From Octopus bimaculoides (Eukaryota): a stretch of DNA of 64,000 nt. The stretch is from contig NC_068991.1 in the NCBI RefSeq assembly GCF_001194135.2, positions 9,409,929 through 9,473,928 on the forward strand, given 5' to 3'. The notes beneath the pieces are model-generated. The model was not told the origin of the DNA, did no database searches, and saw nothing but the letters and a program-made list of their open reading frames with translations. A program made the translations under genes and the position numbers. Positions 35,656 to 48,787 of this stretch are shown here, one piece after another; position 1 is the stretch's first letter; every line of letters begins with the position of its first letter.

Positions 35656-36779
35656 GTCCTGAGCTCGGTAATATTCAATTAAAATGCTTCAAACAACAAG
35701 GCTGAACAACACGATGTCTGTTTAATATTTAAATAGATGTCTGAAGTGTTTCTATAGATTAGACATATATCTCTCAATAGTCTTGTCCATCTTGCTTGCA
35801 GACTGATACAATATGTGACTACAGTTCATAACTTAACTAGAGGCTGCTGGACCACTGTATAATTGATAAGTGTTTCAGTGACTTTCAGCACAGCTTGCAT
35901 TCAGATCCTAGTATAAGCCAATAGGACGAGCCTCTACATGGTCATCTGATCTGCAAGAAATAGCAGCCTAATCTTGGTCAACTATCTTAAGAAATGAACA
36001 GCATATTGGAAAACATAATTCAAGATATAGACTATATCTGAAGAAAAGAAAGAATTGACATAGCTAGAATACCTATATTTTCACTAGTTTTTCAAGTTGA
36101 TGATAATAGCTGTTAGTCACAACATCTGGCAAAAATTTTACTGTTTTTTAGTTCTCCTGTCTATACTCCACTCAGTTGAGGGATCTTATCTTGTGAGTAT
36201 TTGGTGACCTCACAGTTGCTGATATCATGTAAAAAGCACCTAGTACACTCTGTTAAGTGGTTGGTATTAGGAAGGGTATCCAATTGTAGAAACCTTGCCA
36301 AAGTGGACATAGGACCTGGCAGAGCTCTTTGGCACTTTGTTCTTGTCAAACTGTCCAACCCATGCCAACCAATGATGATGATGATGAGGCAAGATTTGAA
36401 CTCATAATGCACAAAGCCAGAACAGATACCACATAGTATCCTATCAGAACCTCTAAAATTTCTACTAAATTCACCTCCTTGCATTTGACTTGAAAGGATA
36501 AAAGGCAAAAATGACCTCTGCAGATCTTGAACTCAGAGCACAAAGAATTAAGACAAATACTATGAGGTGTTCTGTCCAAAACTCTAATAATTCTGCCAAT
36601 ATTCCAATATGCAAGCCTGCTAATCTGCTACTTTGCTATATATCTAAGTTGAAGGTAACAGACACACCTCCTGTACCTCAATGACCAGCAAACTGTCACC
36701 TCTAGCATAAGTGCAGGAATGAATATTTACTTTGGTGGGTGCAAACCCAGTTTTTCAGGAGGATGTTCAAAGAGTTTCT

Positions 36780-38960
36780 ATTGCCCCAGAAAAGTTTTAG
36801 GGAGTATGTTCGCACACCCTGCACCTGAGCCTATGGCTTCTAGCAACCATGTTGCTCATATGGGGATGACAGCACTCTCCACTTCCTCTTATTCTTCCAC
36901 TCACATGTATCATCCACATGAAACTTAGATAACACACACCAAACCCACAATGCTTCCATAGACAGACCTTGAAACCATCCTCCAATGGAAAGACAGCATT
37001 ATAATCTTCTTCAACATTACAAATACACAATCACTGTTTAAAACAAGGAAACAGTCAACCCTGTCATCATCTCTGCTCTTCAACAGCACAAAATCAAAAT
37101 GAAAGCCCCCTCAAAGTTCTGCTACAAATGTTTAGCTTCACGATATCTGATGATGTTTACCTGCACATAGGCACAAGCATGGCAATGTGCTCAGAAGTTT
37201 GCTTCCCAACCACATGGTTCCAAGTTCAGTCCCACTGCAGAGCACCTTGGGCAAATGTCTTCTACTTTAACCTTAGGCCAACCAAAGCCTTGCGAGCAGA
37301 TTGAAACTGAAAGAAGCCCATCTTGTGTGTGTGTGTGTGTGTGAGAGTCTTTGTTTGTGTTTGTCCCCTACCATCGCTTGACAAATGTTATTGGTGTGCT
37401 TTCATCCCTGTAACCTAGCGGTTCAACAAAAGAGACCAATATAATAAGTAGTAGGCTTGAAAAACAAAACACACTGGGATTGATTCATTCAACTAAAATT
37501 CTTCAAGGCAGTGCCCCGGCATGGCCGCAGTCAAATGACTGAAACAAGTAAAAGATAAAAGATGTGTTTCCCTGCACATATAATTAAACATAGCTAAAAC
37601 TGTATCTTAAAGACAAGCCTTACTCTTCAGGCCCAGAAAATATTCTACTCCTTTACAAAGTGAAAGTAAAGTTCACAATACAGTACTGCTTTCACGACCA
37701 GGATAGTGCTTTGACTACATAGACACATACTTGAGCACAAACCAAAGCCCATCTTACTGATTGGTAAAGTCTGTCAACAACGTTCTGCAACAGGCATGGG
37801 TAGCCATTTTTGAGAAGTGGACCGCATGAGACATAGTTCACCATCAGGCGAGTTTTACACCACTAAACAGTTTCAAGGTTATTTATCATTAGGCATGCCA
37901 TGCAGAAAATCCAGAGGGAGCAGGTTGCCTATGGGGGTTCTACAACTTCTAGCCCATAAACACATCATGCCCCTTGCCCCTCCCCCTCTCTCTCTCCCTC
38001 CCTGCCTACTTACCTACTCATTCTATTGATACCACAATGGTTATTGCTCCTCTGAACTTGCATACAGTGGTGTATGGATGTTGCTGTCACAAGATCTGCT
38101 ATCATGTTAAGTTTACTACAATGTCATAAATGTAAACATACAAACTTCAGGCTATTTCTATACATATGTCTGCAACCCAATTTAATCTTTGTTTCTGAGT
38201 GTATATTATTAGATTATTATGACGGTGTACTTTTAGATTTGAAAACAAAACAAATTACAAAGGGATTATATTATAATACTAAAAGAACAGAATTGCTGGT
38301 TTTCAAATTTTAGCACAAGGCCTGCAAGTTCAGAGCAGTGGGTAAGTCAATTACATCAACATTCAGTGCTCTACTTATACTTATCTTATCAACCCTGAAA
38401 CAATGACTATACAGAGTGGTTGGTGTTAGGAAGGGCATCCAGCCATAAAGAACTTTCCAAAACAGACACAGTAGCCTGGGGTAGTCTTCTACCTGGCCAG
38501 CTCCTGTCAACCATCCTACCTATGCATGGAAGACGTCTTCCATGGCATGCAAACAACTCTGCCAGCTTACCACCTTAAAGAACAGAATTATTACAAAAAA
38601 AATTTACTATCTTTGATTGACATGTGGTGCTCTTCCAGCACACTCAGAAATACACCTCTAATTGCATATCACCTCCACCTTGATAGGTTCACTTACCTCT
38701 CCTTCTCATAATACCTCTAATGCATCTCACACACCCAAATACTGTGCTAACTATTTTGTCTTATCCTTTCTTCTTAAAATTTCAACTCTCTACAGCAGGG
38801 AACCCCAACCACTGGGTCTCCTCTTTACAGATTTGGCCTTAAGCATCAGACCATGCAGAGATCCCAAATTCCATTTTCAAAACGAGCTTAAGGCACTAGG
38901 AATAAATCTGGAACCAAATGGTTGTGATGCTAGATTCCTAACTATACTACCATGCCTACA
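36780..38960 (+). mobile_element. Fragmented CR1/Crack/Jockey-like LINE reverse transcriptase remnant, interrupted by SINEs
   Basis: CSYGDDSTLHF (YADD-like) at about 36855-36890 and DLETILQW..IFFNITNTQ at about 36965-37030. Likely 3' part at about 38545-38960. Many frameshifts. Confidence 0.55.
37170..37562 (+). mobile_element. SINE family B, diverged full copy
   Basis: Similar to 20118-20520. Interrupts the LINE RT remnant. Confidence 0.82.
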
Positions 38961-41859
38961 AATATAGGCAGAGAAGATGCTACATCTATTATTGGTAAAG
39001 GCCAATATTTGTGAAATGTCCAAATACTTTAGGATAGTAACAAGCTTCCAGCGAGCAAAACCTATGCTAACAGATTTGATTATGAACTGAAATGAATCAC
39101 TTCACCTATGTAGTCATATCTGTGAATTTCTGATGTGGCTGTGTGGTTAAGAGGCTTGTTTCCCAATCATGTGGTCTTGGGTTCATTCCGATGGTTGTGA
39201 ATGACTATCATTGTCATACGAATGCGGTCGATCATTTCCAGCCTTCTGTGAAAAACGTGTCTTGCCACAGGGAAATATTCCCTTACTTGGAAGCAGGTGA
39301 GTGTTGGCAACAAGAAAGGTGTAGAAAATCTGCCTTGACATATTCTATTCGATCCATACAAGCATGGACAAGTGGATGTTAAATGATATGGATGATGAAT
39401 TAGCAGTCTGAAAATAGACAGGCTTTGATTGCTTTTAACAAACAATCTAAAGACAAAATCCTTCTTGGGGACACAGTGACCCTGGATCTTAAGTGATTAG
39501 TTGTTTATTTTTTTTCTCGGTTACCGAAACCTCAACAATCAAGAAACATTTGCAAAACATTGTCTCTCTTTGTGGTTGAAATGTCAGCTACATTTAATAA
39601 CCTGTGGGCAAAGTGTGATCCACTAAACTAGTTTCATGAAAGCAAATTTTTTAGTAGTGATCTAACAATGCATTAATGATTCTCAAACATTTTTTGCTGC
39701 AGTTATGAAGTTCCATAACGACCAAACAAACTGAGTCAGCAATGTAGTGTCAATTATTCATTAAGGCCATTTTACTTCATTTATGTAAAGAGGAAACTCT
39801 GCAGAGCTGCAGCTGTCTTCTAGCTGCATCAACCAAGGTATTAAACTCCATATGTATCCACCCATGACCATGCTGATAGCAACCTTATGCCTGATGGATG
39901 TGGAAAAAGACAAGCAGAATATATAAAATCTCTGTATACTGGGGCTTGCTATCCATAAATACTATAGGGTCCAGTGCATTGATTTGCTCGGTGTCTTATA
40001 ATGCTGCTAAGAGGGCCCTGGATGAGAGATCCAGTTTAGTCTCTGACCATTAAGACATATTGGGGTAGCAGAAATATTAACATTTCAAGATAAATGCATT
40101 ACATTATTTAGTTTCATCTCACTTAAGCTAAATAAAATTTTAAAAATTTTCTTAGGAGTCATGGGATAGCAGTAATACATTGGTGCTAATTTAATTGAAT
40201 CCACCGTATTCCTGTCCTTGCAAAATATTGATCTTGGATGTTGTCAGAAGAAACCAATAATTTGCAAACATTAGGACAGCAGATTTGAACTGGGCAAAAT
40301 ATATGTCACTATTTAGTTGCCTCCATATACATAACATGTCCAGAATATTGCCTTTGATCAAAGTGGGGTCATTAAGTATCAACTTCAGTGCTATAGTGGG
40401 ATCGTCTCCACCAACAAGACATCCCCAATCATTCATTGCTTCTTGCCATGTCAAAAGATGCCACATCTAAAGAGTGTGGGTGAGGTGGCAGAAATAACAG
40501 TACCAAATTAAATGCATTAGTATTTAGCTGTTACTAACTCTGATCGAGCAAACCCATGGTCAAGAACATTCCAGTCATGACCTTCCTGGGATTTTAGGGC
40601 CATGTAATAGTAACATTAACGAGCGTGTCGTTTCCTTTTTAAGTTTTATTTCCAGCACAGCAAACGCCTACATATAGTCTCCCACAGTTGTATCCTTCTG
40701 TCTTGTGTTCAGATTTTCGTGGCTTTCACTGCTGAGTTGAATACCTCCCATAAATATAGCTTGGAGAATTGTTTCCATGTAGGAAAAGTCAGCTTGACGA
40801 AGTCTTTAGTTGTCTCATAGACCCAATAACCCATGATGGTACCCACTATTATCAAGCATTCCGAACGTTGAAATGTTAGCAGAAAACGTTAGTTTCTCCC
40901 CCCCCCCCCAACAAGAATTTGCCTGTCATATTACGTATGAAATACCCCAAGATGAAGAGAGAATGTAAAAAACAAATAAAAACGCCCTTTCATTTCACCT
41001 ACAATAAATAATGTTTCCCTCCGCAAAGGAATCTATTTTATTTAGAATCAAAAGATGTAATCATTTCTTTTGAGTAGATAGCTACAAGACATTATTTAGT
41101 TGACAGAATCAATCCCTGTAAATGACTGATATTTACTTCATCAACGCCGAAGAGATGTCAGATACAGTCGTAATAGAAACAAAGATTTCAACTGACAACC
41201 ATAAAACTAAATGTGGTAATGACGCTTTTCTTTCTCGGCCAAACCAAACGCTTATATGGAAGAGAAAAACAAGAAGAAAAATTATAATGATTTGTTTTGT
41301 TGACAAATTTTATAGAGGAAAGGATAACCGATTAGATCGACTCGTATATACTATTGGTATTTAATTTACCCCGGGTATTATTATCCTCGGGGAGATGAAA
41401 AGCAAATAACAATATTATCATAATTTGAATCCAAAACGTAGAACAGTTTACTAGCAAAGGGAATTTAGTACTGCGTTCTACAGTTTGTACAAGACTATCA
41501 TCAAAAACACCGTCATGTCGCCGAAGATTGGTTTTTTAGATTCGCTTGTACAACATTCCTGAAAATAACGTCGGTAAAAATCGTGTTTTTTTTTTTTCTA
41601 AGTTCTTTAGGGGGGGGGGAATGCAATTGAGTTTACATAAACTAATCGAGTAAAAAATAAAAAGCGAAAAAAATATATAATATATATATATATATTTCTC
41701 TGTCTGTCTCTGAAGGAATTATTAAGATATAGTGAACAGAAAAAAAAAAGCGTTAGAGCTATCTTACACAACGACAAATACCAATTATATACATGAAGGT
41801 GGGGGGGAAGGGGGAAAAAAAAACAATATATGCAAAGTAAATTAACGAACGCTCCCTTG

Positions 41860-42130
41860 TTAATTTATAACTTACGCCTTCTTTGCCAAGCGCGCCTCCT
41901 GGTTTGGATTATTTCCCTTTGTAGTTTATGTTACCGTTGAGCATCCGTAGCGCGGGCTTAAAGGCGATCTGCTAAACGTTTTTTTTTTTTGTTCCGGTCG
42001 ACTTGACGCTGTCTGCGCAGGCGAGTTGCGCAGTGCCTGTTTTGGCTGAGGCTTCAACAGTAAATAGCTATTTTCTGGAAACTTTTTTCTGGGGCCAGGC
42101 CTTATATTTAGGTAGGTAAGGTGTAATATC
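41860..42130. promoter_or_regulatory. CpG-rich candidate bidirectional promoter/first exons
   Basis: Dense CpG. Minus-strand donor gtaagt after 41876 and plus-strand donor gtaggtaag at 42112. Confidence 0.4.
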
Positions 42131-42412
42131 CGAATATCAAACTGCATTTCAACACCCTAACCATCGTTACATGTTTATGTCTATTTATATGTGGATGTCT
42201 GTGTTAGCTTAGGCTCTTTTTTTCATATTTCATTTCGAAAGCTAATGTCTCTTGACTTTGCTTTGCTTGTCTGTTCCGCTTCTCGCTGGCTACCCCACCA
42301 ACGTCTGATTGTATCTAAAGACGAGGAAGGGGAGTATTAACTCTTATTTCCCTTCATTTTATATATATAATACATACATCCATGTATCTATCTATCTGTA
42401 TACATATATATT

Positions 42413-42454
<42 letters not shown>

Positions 42455-42758
42455 AGGTAATGTTCAATGTTTGTATGTATTTGTAGACTGACTGACTCTT
42501 TTCTGCTGTATTGATAACGAGGTAGGAAGGGGATATTTCTACATAGATTTGTGTACTGCTTGTATATGTGTCTATATAATACACACACACACACACATAC
42601 GAGTAGTACACAATGTATGTAGAAATATATATACACACAGAGAGGCATATATGTTCATTGTATCACTAGTGGAGCATACATATATGTATGTGTACATATT
42701 AACCTTAACAATTACACTACGGCGGGAGCCAGCTGCAATTAGTACACTTATGTGAGTG

Positions 42759-42809
<51 letters not shown>

Positions 42810-44324
42810 AAAACATACGTATGTGAGTGGGGTATTTGTGTGTATATATTTTTATATATATATGGATATATACACATATAATGTTGTGTATGTGTTATGT
42901 ACGCATATATTTATAGAGTGATTATGAAAGTGAATATGTATATATGTATATAATTATGTGTAAACTGCTGAATGGCAATCTTAATATATTATTATCGATG
43001 TATTCAGCTTCTGTTTGTAACATAGTCTTCCCCTTGCTTATTATACTGACTGCTCCCCTCATGACGGCCACTATAACTCGAGATACACTTTTCCCTGTAT
43101 ATTTTTTTTCTTCTCTTTTCATTCCACTTCTGGCCGACACTAAGGAGGTTCCGTACATATTTTCTAATTGCTATTGCTACTCGTTTATTTTATTTTATTT
43201 TTCTGTCGGGTGTTAGTGAGTCAGACGGGGTTAATTAAAAGCTCTCTCTCACCCCCCCCCCACCGACCTACTACTAATTGTAACAGTTACTGCCACTACT
43301 GGTCACCATATAAAAACATCACTCACTTTGTCTTATGTCTTTCTCTCTATCTCTCTTTCTATACCAATGTCGTCTAATCCTTTAGAATCCCCCGACGTTT
43401 ATTCCTTTAAAAAATCTCTCATTCTCTACCATCCGTCTCTTTCCTTTTTAAATTACATTAACATAATTTTACACACATACACACACAATCCTATATATTC
43501 ATATATATAGTATATATCTTTAATACTATGATAAATGTGGTATTATATCTATATTTATATATACACATACATTTAAAATACAGAGATGCCTATAATAGGA
43601 CATCTAACCCGCTAGAAAGAGCAGCAAAAAACTATATATATATATATATATATATATATGGTATTATTTATGTCTGCTTAGCTCAGCTATTCTGTCACCT
43701 TAAGGCAAGCAGTGATGGTCATGTTATTTCATCCCATTACCTTTTTTAAACAACTGCTCCGTTGCCTAAAAACGAACAAAATAAAATATCAGTTCCCCCC
43801 ATTTTATGCACCAAGATGTGTTTATCCTATTAACTTTTTGCATGTTTATTATAACAACTATTGAAGAACCACGTAACAAGTACAACATATGTATGACTAT
43901 CTCTGACCCAAACACACATTATATATATATATATATTTATATATATATGTATATATATAGTGTGTGGCTTTTTTTTCTAGATTGTTCTGTTAATAATTTA
44001 TCTTCTCATTATTGCTTATCATCTCTGGGAATAGAGAAAGGAATGTTATATATATATATATATATACACACACATACATATCTGTTTTTGATCTGAAGCT
44101 GTTGTATTCATTATAAATAGCTATGTTGCTATCCGATGGCTTTGACTGTTTGTGTATTATATACCCGCAGTACTGGGTATACAATACACATCAGTGTGCG
44201 TGTCTGTGTGTATATTTACCCAGATTGTTCCGTATACATACATATGCGTCACTTTATAATTGTGTATATAACTTCTGTAATGCATTTATGTACAACTCAT
44301 GACCACATATTATCCACTATTCTG

Positions 44325-44357
<33 letters not shown>

Positions 44358-45246
44358 AATTACACATTTCTTAATTCGTATATTATATATATATAGGTTG
44401 CGAGCGCCACACCGTTAAGTTCTTGGAGGCTCGAATGGGTGGTTCGGTTTCGATTCCCAGTTACATGCATTTTATTTGGCTTACGTCGTTAATAATTTTG
44501 AGCATTACAATCTCTAATTTGTCTACTTTCTTTATCACTAATCTTTATTNNNNNNNNNNNNNNNNNNNNNNNNNNNNNNNNNNNNNNNNNNNNNNNNNNN
44601 NNNNNNNNNNNNNNNNNNNNNNNNNNNNNNNNNNNNNNNNNNNNNNNNNNNNNNNNNNNNNNNNNNNNNNNNNNNNNNNNNNNNNNNNNNNNNNNNNNNN
44701 NNNNNNNNNNNNNNNNNNNNNNNNNNNNNNNNNNNNNNNNNNNNNNNNNNNNNNNNNNNNNNNNNNNNNNNNNNNNNNNNNNNNNNNNNNNNNNNNNNNN
44801 NNNNNNNNNNNNNNNNNNNNNNNNNNNNNNNNNNNNNNNNNNNNNNNNNNNNNNNNNNNNNNNNNNNNNNNNNNNNNNNNNNNNNNNNNNNNNNNNNNNN
44901 NNNNNNNNNNNNNNNNNNNNNNNNNNNNNNNNNNNNNNNNNNNNNNNNNNNNNNNNNNNNNNNNNNNNNNNNNNNNNNNNNNNNNNNNNNNNNNNNNNNN
45001 NNNNNNNNNNNNNNNNNNNNNNNNNNNNNNNNNNNNNNNNNNNNNNNNNNNNNNNNNNNNNNNNNNNNNNNNNNNNNNNNNNNNNNNNNNNNNNNNNNNN
45101 NNNNNNNNNNNNNNNNNNNNNNNNNNNNNNNNNNNNNNNNNNNNNNNNNNNNNNNNNNNNNNNNNNNNNNNNNNNNNNNNNNNNNNNNNNNNNNNNNNNN
45201 NNNNNNNNNNNNNNNNNNNNNNNNNNNCATATTATCCACTATTCTG

Positions 45247-45279
<33 letters not shown>

Positions 45280-46292
45280 ATGTATAGTCTTTGTGCGATG
45301 CAGACTGTTGAACTTGGATTTAGCTGATTGTGAAATGTCCGTTTCCGTTCTATCCTGGTTGAGTTTATATTTTGTGTATATCTATATACACATATTCATT
45401 CAGTCTTTTGCATGGCATACTGGAGTACCTCAGTATGTATGTGTATATATGTACGTGTATACACACACATATATGTATACATTTATATATACCTGTTCAT
45501 ACGTGTGTGTGTGTGTGTATATACACACACACACACATATATAGCTGTGCTTGTGCCATGTAAAAAGTACTACTAAATCCACTCTGCTGAGTGGTTGGTG
45601 TTAGGAAGGGCATCCAGCTGTAAAAACCCTACTTAAAACAGTTACAGAAGTCTGGTGCAGGTTTCTGCCTGGCCGGTTCTTATCAAACCGTCCCACCCAT
45701 GCCAGCGTGGAATGCGGATGTTAAACGATGATGATGATGAATACACAACACACACGCAAAAGGCGTAGGCATAGTTGTGTGGTTAAAGAGCTTGATGTAA
45801 TTTTGGATTCAGTCCCCTTGGTCACGTATTTATACAGTCGCCTTGGTTGGACTAAAGCCTTGAATAGATTTAATACACAAAAACCGAAAAAACAAAAAAA
45901 TACACAAAATACCTTGTCGTTTCACAATCCGCTAAATTTTAGTTCAGTCTGCATCGCAAAAAAAACTACACACACACACACGTGAGGGTGTAGGTATGTG
46001 TCTGTACCTTTGTCTAGACATCAGGCGATCATCACCTCATGAGGGTTAGCAACAGGAAAGGTATCCAACCATGGAAAATTTGACTGAGCCAAATCCGATT
46101 TAACCATGAAAATATAGAAAACTGGGTGTTAAAATAATGGCAATATGGTGGGGGAGTATCTTTTGATGTAACATGATATATATATATATATANNNNNNNN
46201 NNNNNNNNNNNNNNNNNNNNNNNNNNNNNNNNNNNNNNNNNNNNNNNNNNNNNNNNNNNNNNNNNNNNNNNNNNNNNNNNNNNNNNNNNNNN

Positions 46293-46503
46293 ACATATAT
46301 ATATACATATATACATACATATATATATACATATACACATACGTATATATATACATATACGTATATATATACATATATACATAAACATACATATATATAT
46401 ACACATATATATATACATACATATACATATACGTATATATATACATATATACATAAACATACATATATATATACACATATATATATATATACACACATAT
46501 ATA
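46293..46503. repeat. (TA/TACA)n compound microsatellite
   Basis: Directly visible. Many other (TA)n, (CA)n, (GA)n tracts occur across the window. Confidence 0.9.
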
Positions 46504-46506
46504 TCT

Positions 46507-46740
46507 CTTGTGCGGGTGGCACATAAAAGACACCATTTCGAGCTTGGCCATTTTCGTGCGGGTGACACGTAAAAGCACCCACTACACTCTCTGAGTGGTT
46601 GGCGTTGGGAAGGGCATCCAGCTGTAGAAACTCTGCCAAATTAGATTGGAGCCTGGTGTAGCCATCCGGTTGCACCAGTCCTCAGTCAAATCGTCCAACC
46701 CATGCTAGCATGGAAAGCGGATGTTAAACGATGATGATGA

Positions 46741-46784
<44 letters not shown>

Positions 46785-47210
46785 TTTTCGGTGTGTGGTG
46801 AAGCAGTTCTTGCTGAACCCTAATTTTAATTATATCTGTATATATCCTCCATTGGACACGAAACTCAGCTTGCGAAGACTTATTGGGGCAAGCGAAATCG
46901 TGATGGCCCCTGTGCCCAGCAATGCCTTTCTGGCACTTGTGCCCGCGGCATGTGTAAGGACTTTCGAGCGAGATCGTTGCCAGTTCCCCTGCACTGGCTC
47001 TTGTGCAGGTGGCACATAAAATACACCATGGCACGTAAAAGCACCCACTACACTCTGAGTGGTTGGCGTTAGGAAGGGCATCCAGCTGTAGAAACTCTGC
47101 CAAATCAGATTGCAACCTGGTGTCGCCTCCTGGTCCACCAGTCCTCAGTCAAATCGTCCAACCCATGCTAGCTTGGAAAGCGGACGTTAAACGATGATGA
47201 TGATGATGAT
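46507..47210 (+). mobile_element. Two young family C copies (46507-46745, 46855-47210); third near-identical copy at 49477-49614
   Basis: Near-identical catccagctgtagaaactctgccaaat..cagtcctcagtcaaatcgtccaacccatgctagc..gcggacgttaaacgatgatgat. Confidence 0.88.
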
Positions 47211-48732
47211 ATATAGTTTCATTATAGATAAGATCAACAAAAAATGTACTCCATCCAGTGAGAGATAAATATAATCTAATATACACAATTTACAAAAGAG
47301 CTACTGATAGTTTCATGCTTTCAAGATACAATAATTTGGCAGATTTATATAACATACCATGTGTCTTTAAGCAATCTTTCAGTGCATATTGTTAGATGTA
47401 TCTTAAAACCAGTATGCTGGTCTATGAGAAACTAAGAAAAAAACAAAAAAAAAACACAAAGAAGGTTGATGCAAAAAGTGAAATGAGAAAAAAAAAAGTG
47501 AAAACCAAGATCTTCGTCCTCTTTGTACAAACCATAATTAATCTAGCTGATAGTTAATCACCAGATATTTTGAGCATTTCTACAATTATTCCTGATGGAC
47601 CTGCAGTTTTCCTTCTCTTCATGTCTTTGATTGCTTATTTGCCATGCTGCTGTCAACTTGAATTGCTGGTCCTGGTCTAGGGTTAGTAAGAGGTAGTCTC
47701 CCTTTATCCCATGCATTCTCCTTGCTCAGCAGCCTAGGATGTGTGTGTATGCCTCAGTACCTTTATGGGTATTTGTGTGTGTGTATGCACGTGTGTACAT
47801 ATATATAGTATATCCATGTGTGCGTATAATATAAAATTATCATTCTACATTGGCTTTCTCTGCTGGCATGGGTTGGGTGTTGCCACATTTTGTCCTAGTT
47901 CTTATTCAGAATTACTGCTCTCCTAAATGGGTCTGAGAACCCATGCACTACTTGTGTGTTTTGGTTTTGGCTTTCTACATCTTGATGCCCTTCATACATG
48001 AATTGTCCATTGCTGAATATATCTTAATCCTCTTTTGATTATGGCTGAGTGTGTGTGGGGGGGTTCTGCAATTGGGAAGGTGCTGTCTTGGGCAGTGTTT
48101 TATTTTGTGGAAGATAAGTAGTTTCCTGTGCATGCATGGCTTTCCCCTACACCCTACTAATGACAAAAGTTGTATTTCATAGGATTTGAATGCTGAGAGT
48201 TAGAACAGATAGCCAAAGCATTCTTACTGACTTTCTGTTCACCACCATAATATGTAATGTAGCTGTTTGCCTGTGTGTGTATTTATATGTATATAAGCAC
48301 AGGCATGGCTGTGTGCGTAAGAAGTTTGCTTTCCACCCACCCACATGGTTTTGGGTTCAATTCCTCCCTGTGACACTTTAGGTAAATGCCTCATACTATA
48401 AGCTCTGAGCCAACCAAAGCCTTCTGAATAGGGAAACTAAAAGAAATTCATCCTGTGTGTTCTCATAATATTGCATAGTAGTTGTAAACGAGTGTCATTG
48501 TCATTCAAGCAGTGTTACTCATTTTCAGTGTTCTGCAAAAACATGTCTGGCTTTAAGAAAATATTACCTTGCTTGGGAAGAGGTATGGGTTAGCAACAGG
48601 AAGGGTGTATGGCCGTAGAAAAAACTGTCTCAATAAACTGACTCATGCAAGCTTAGAAATTGATGATGTTATTGGGTGTGGGTATATTTGTGTAATCTGT
48701 ATATATTTGTAGAGATAAATAGATAATGTGTG

Positions 48733-48787
<55 letters not shown>

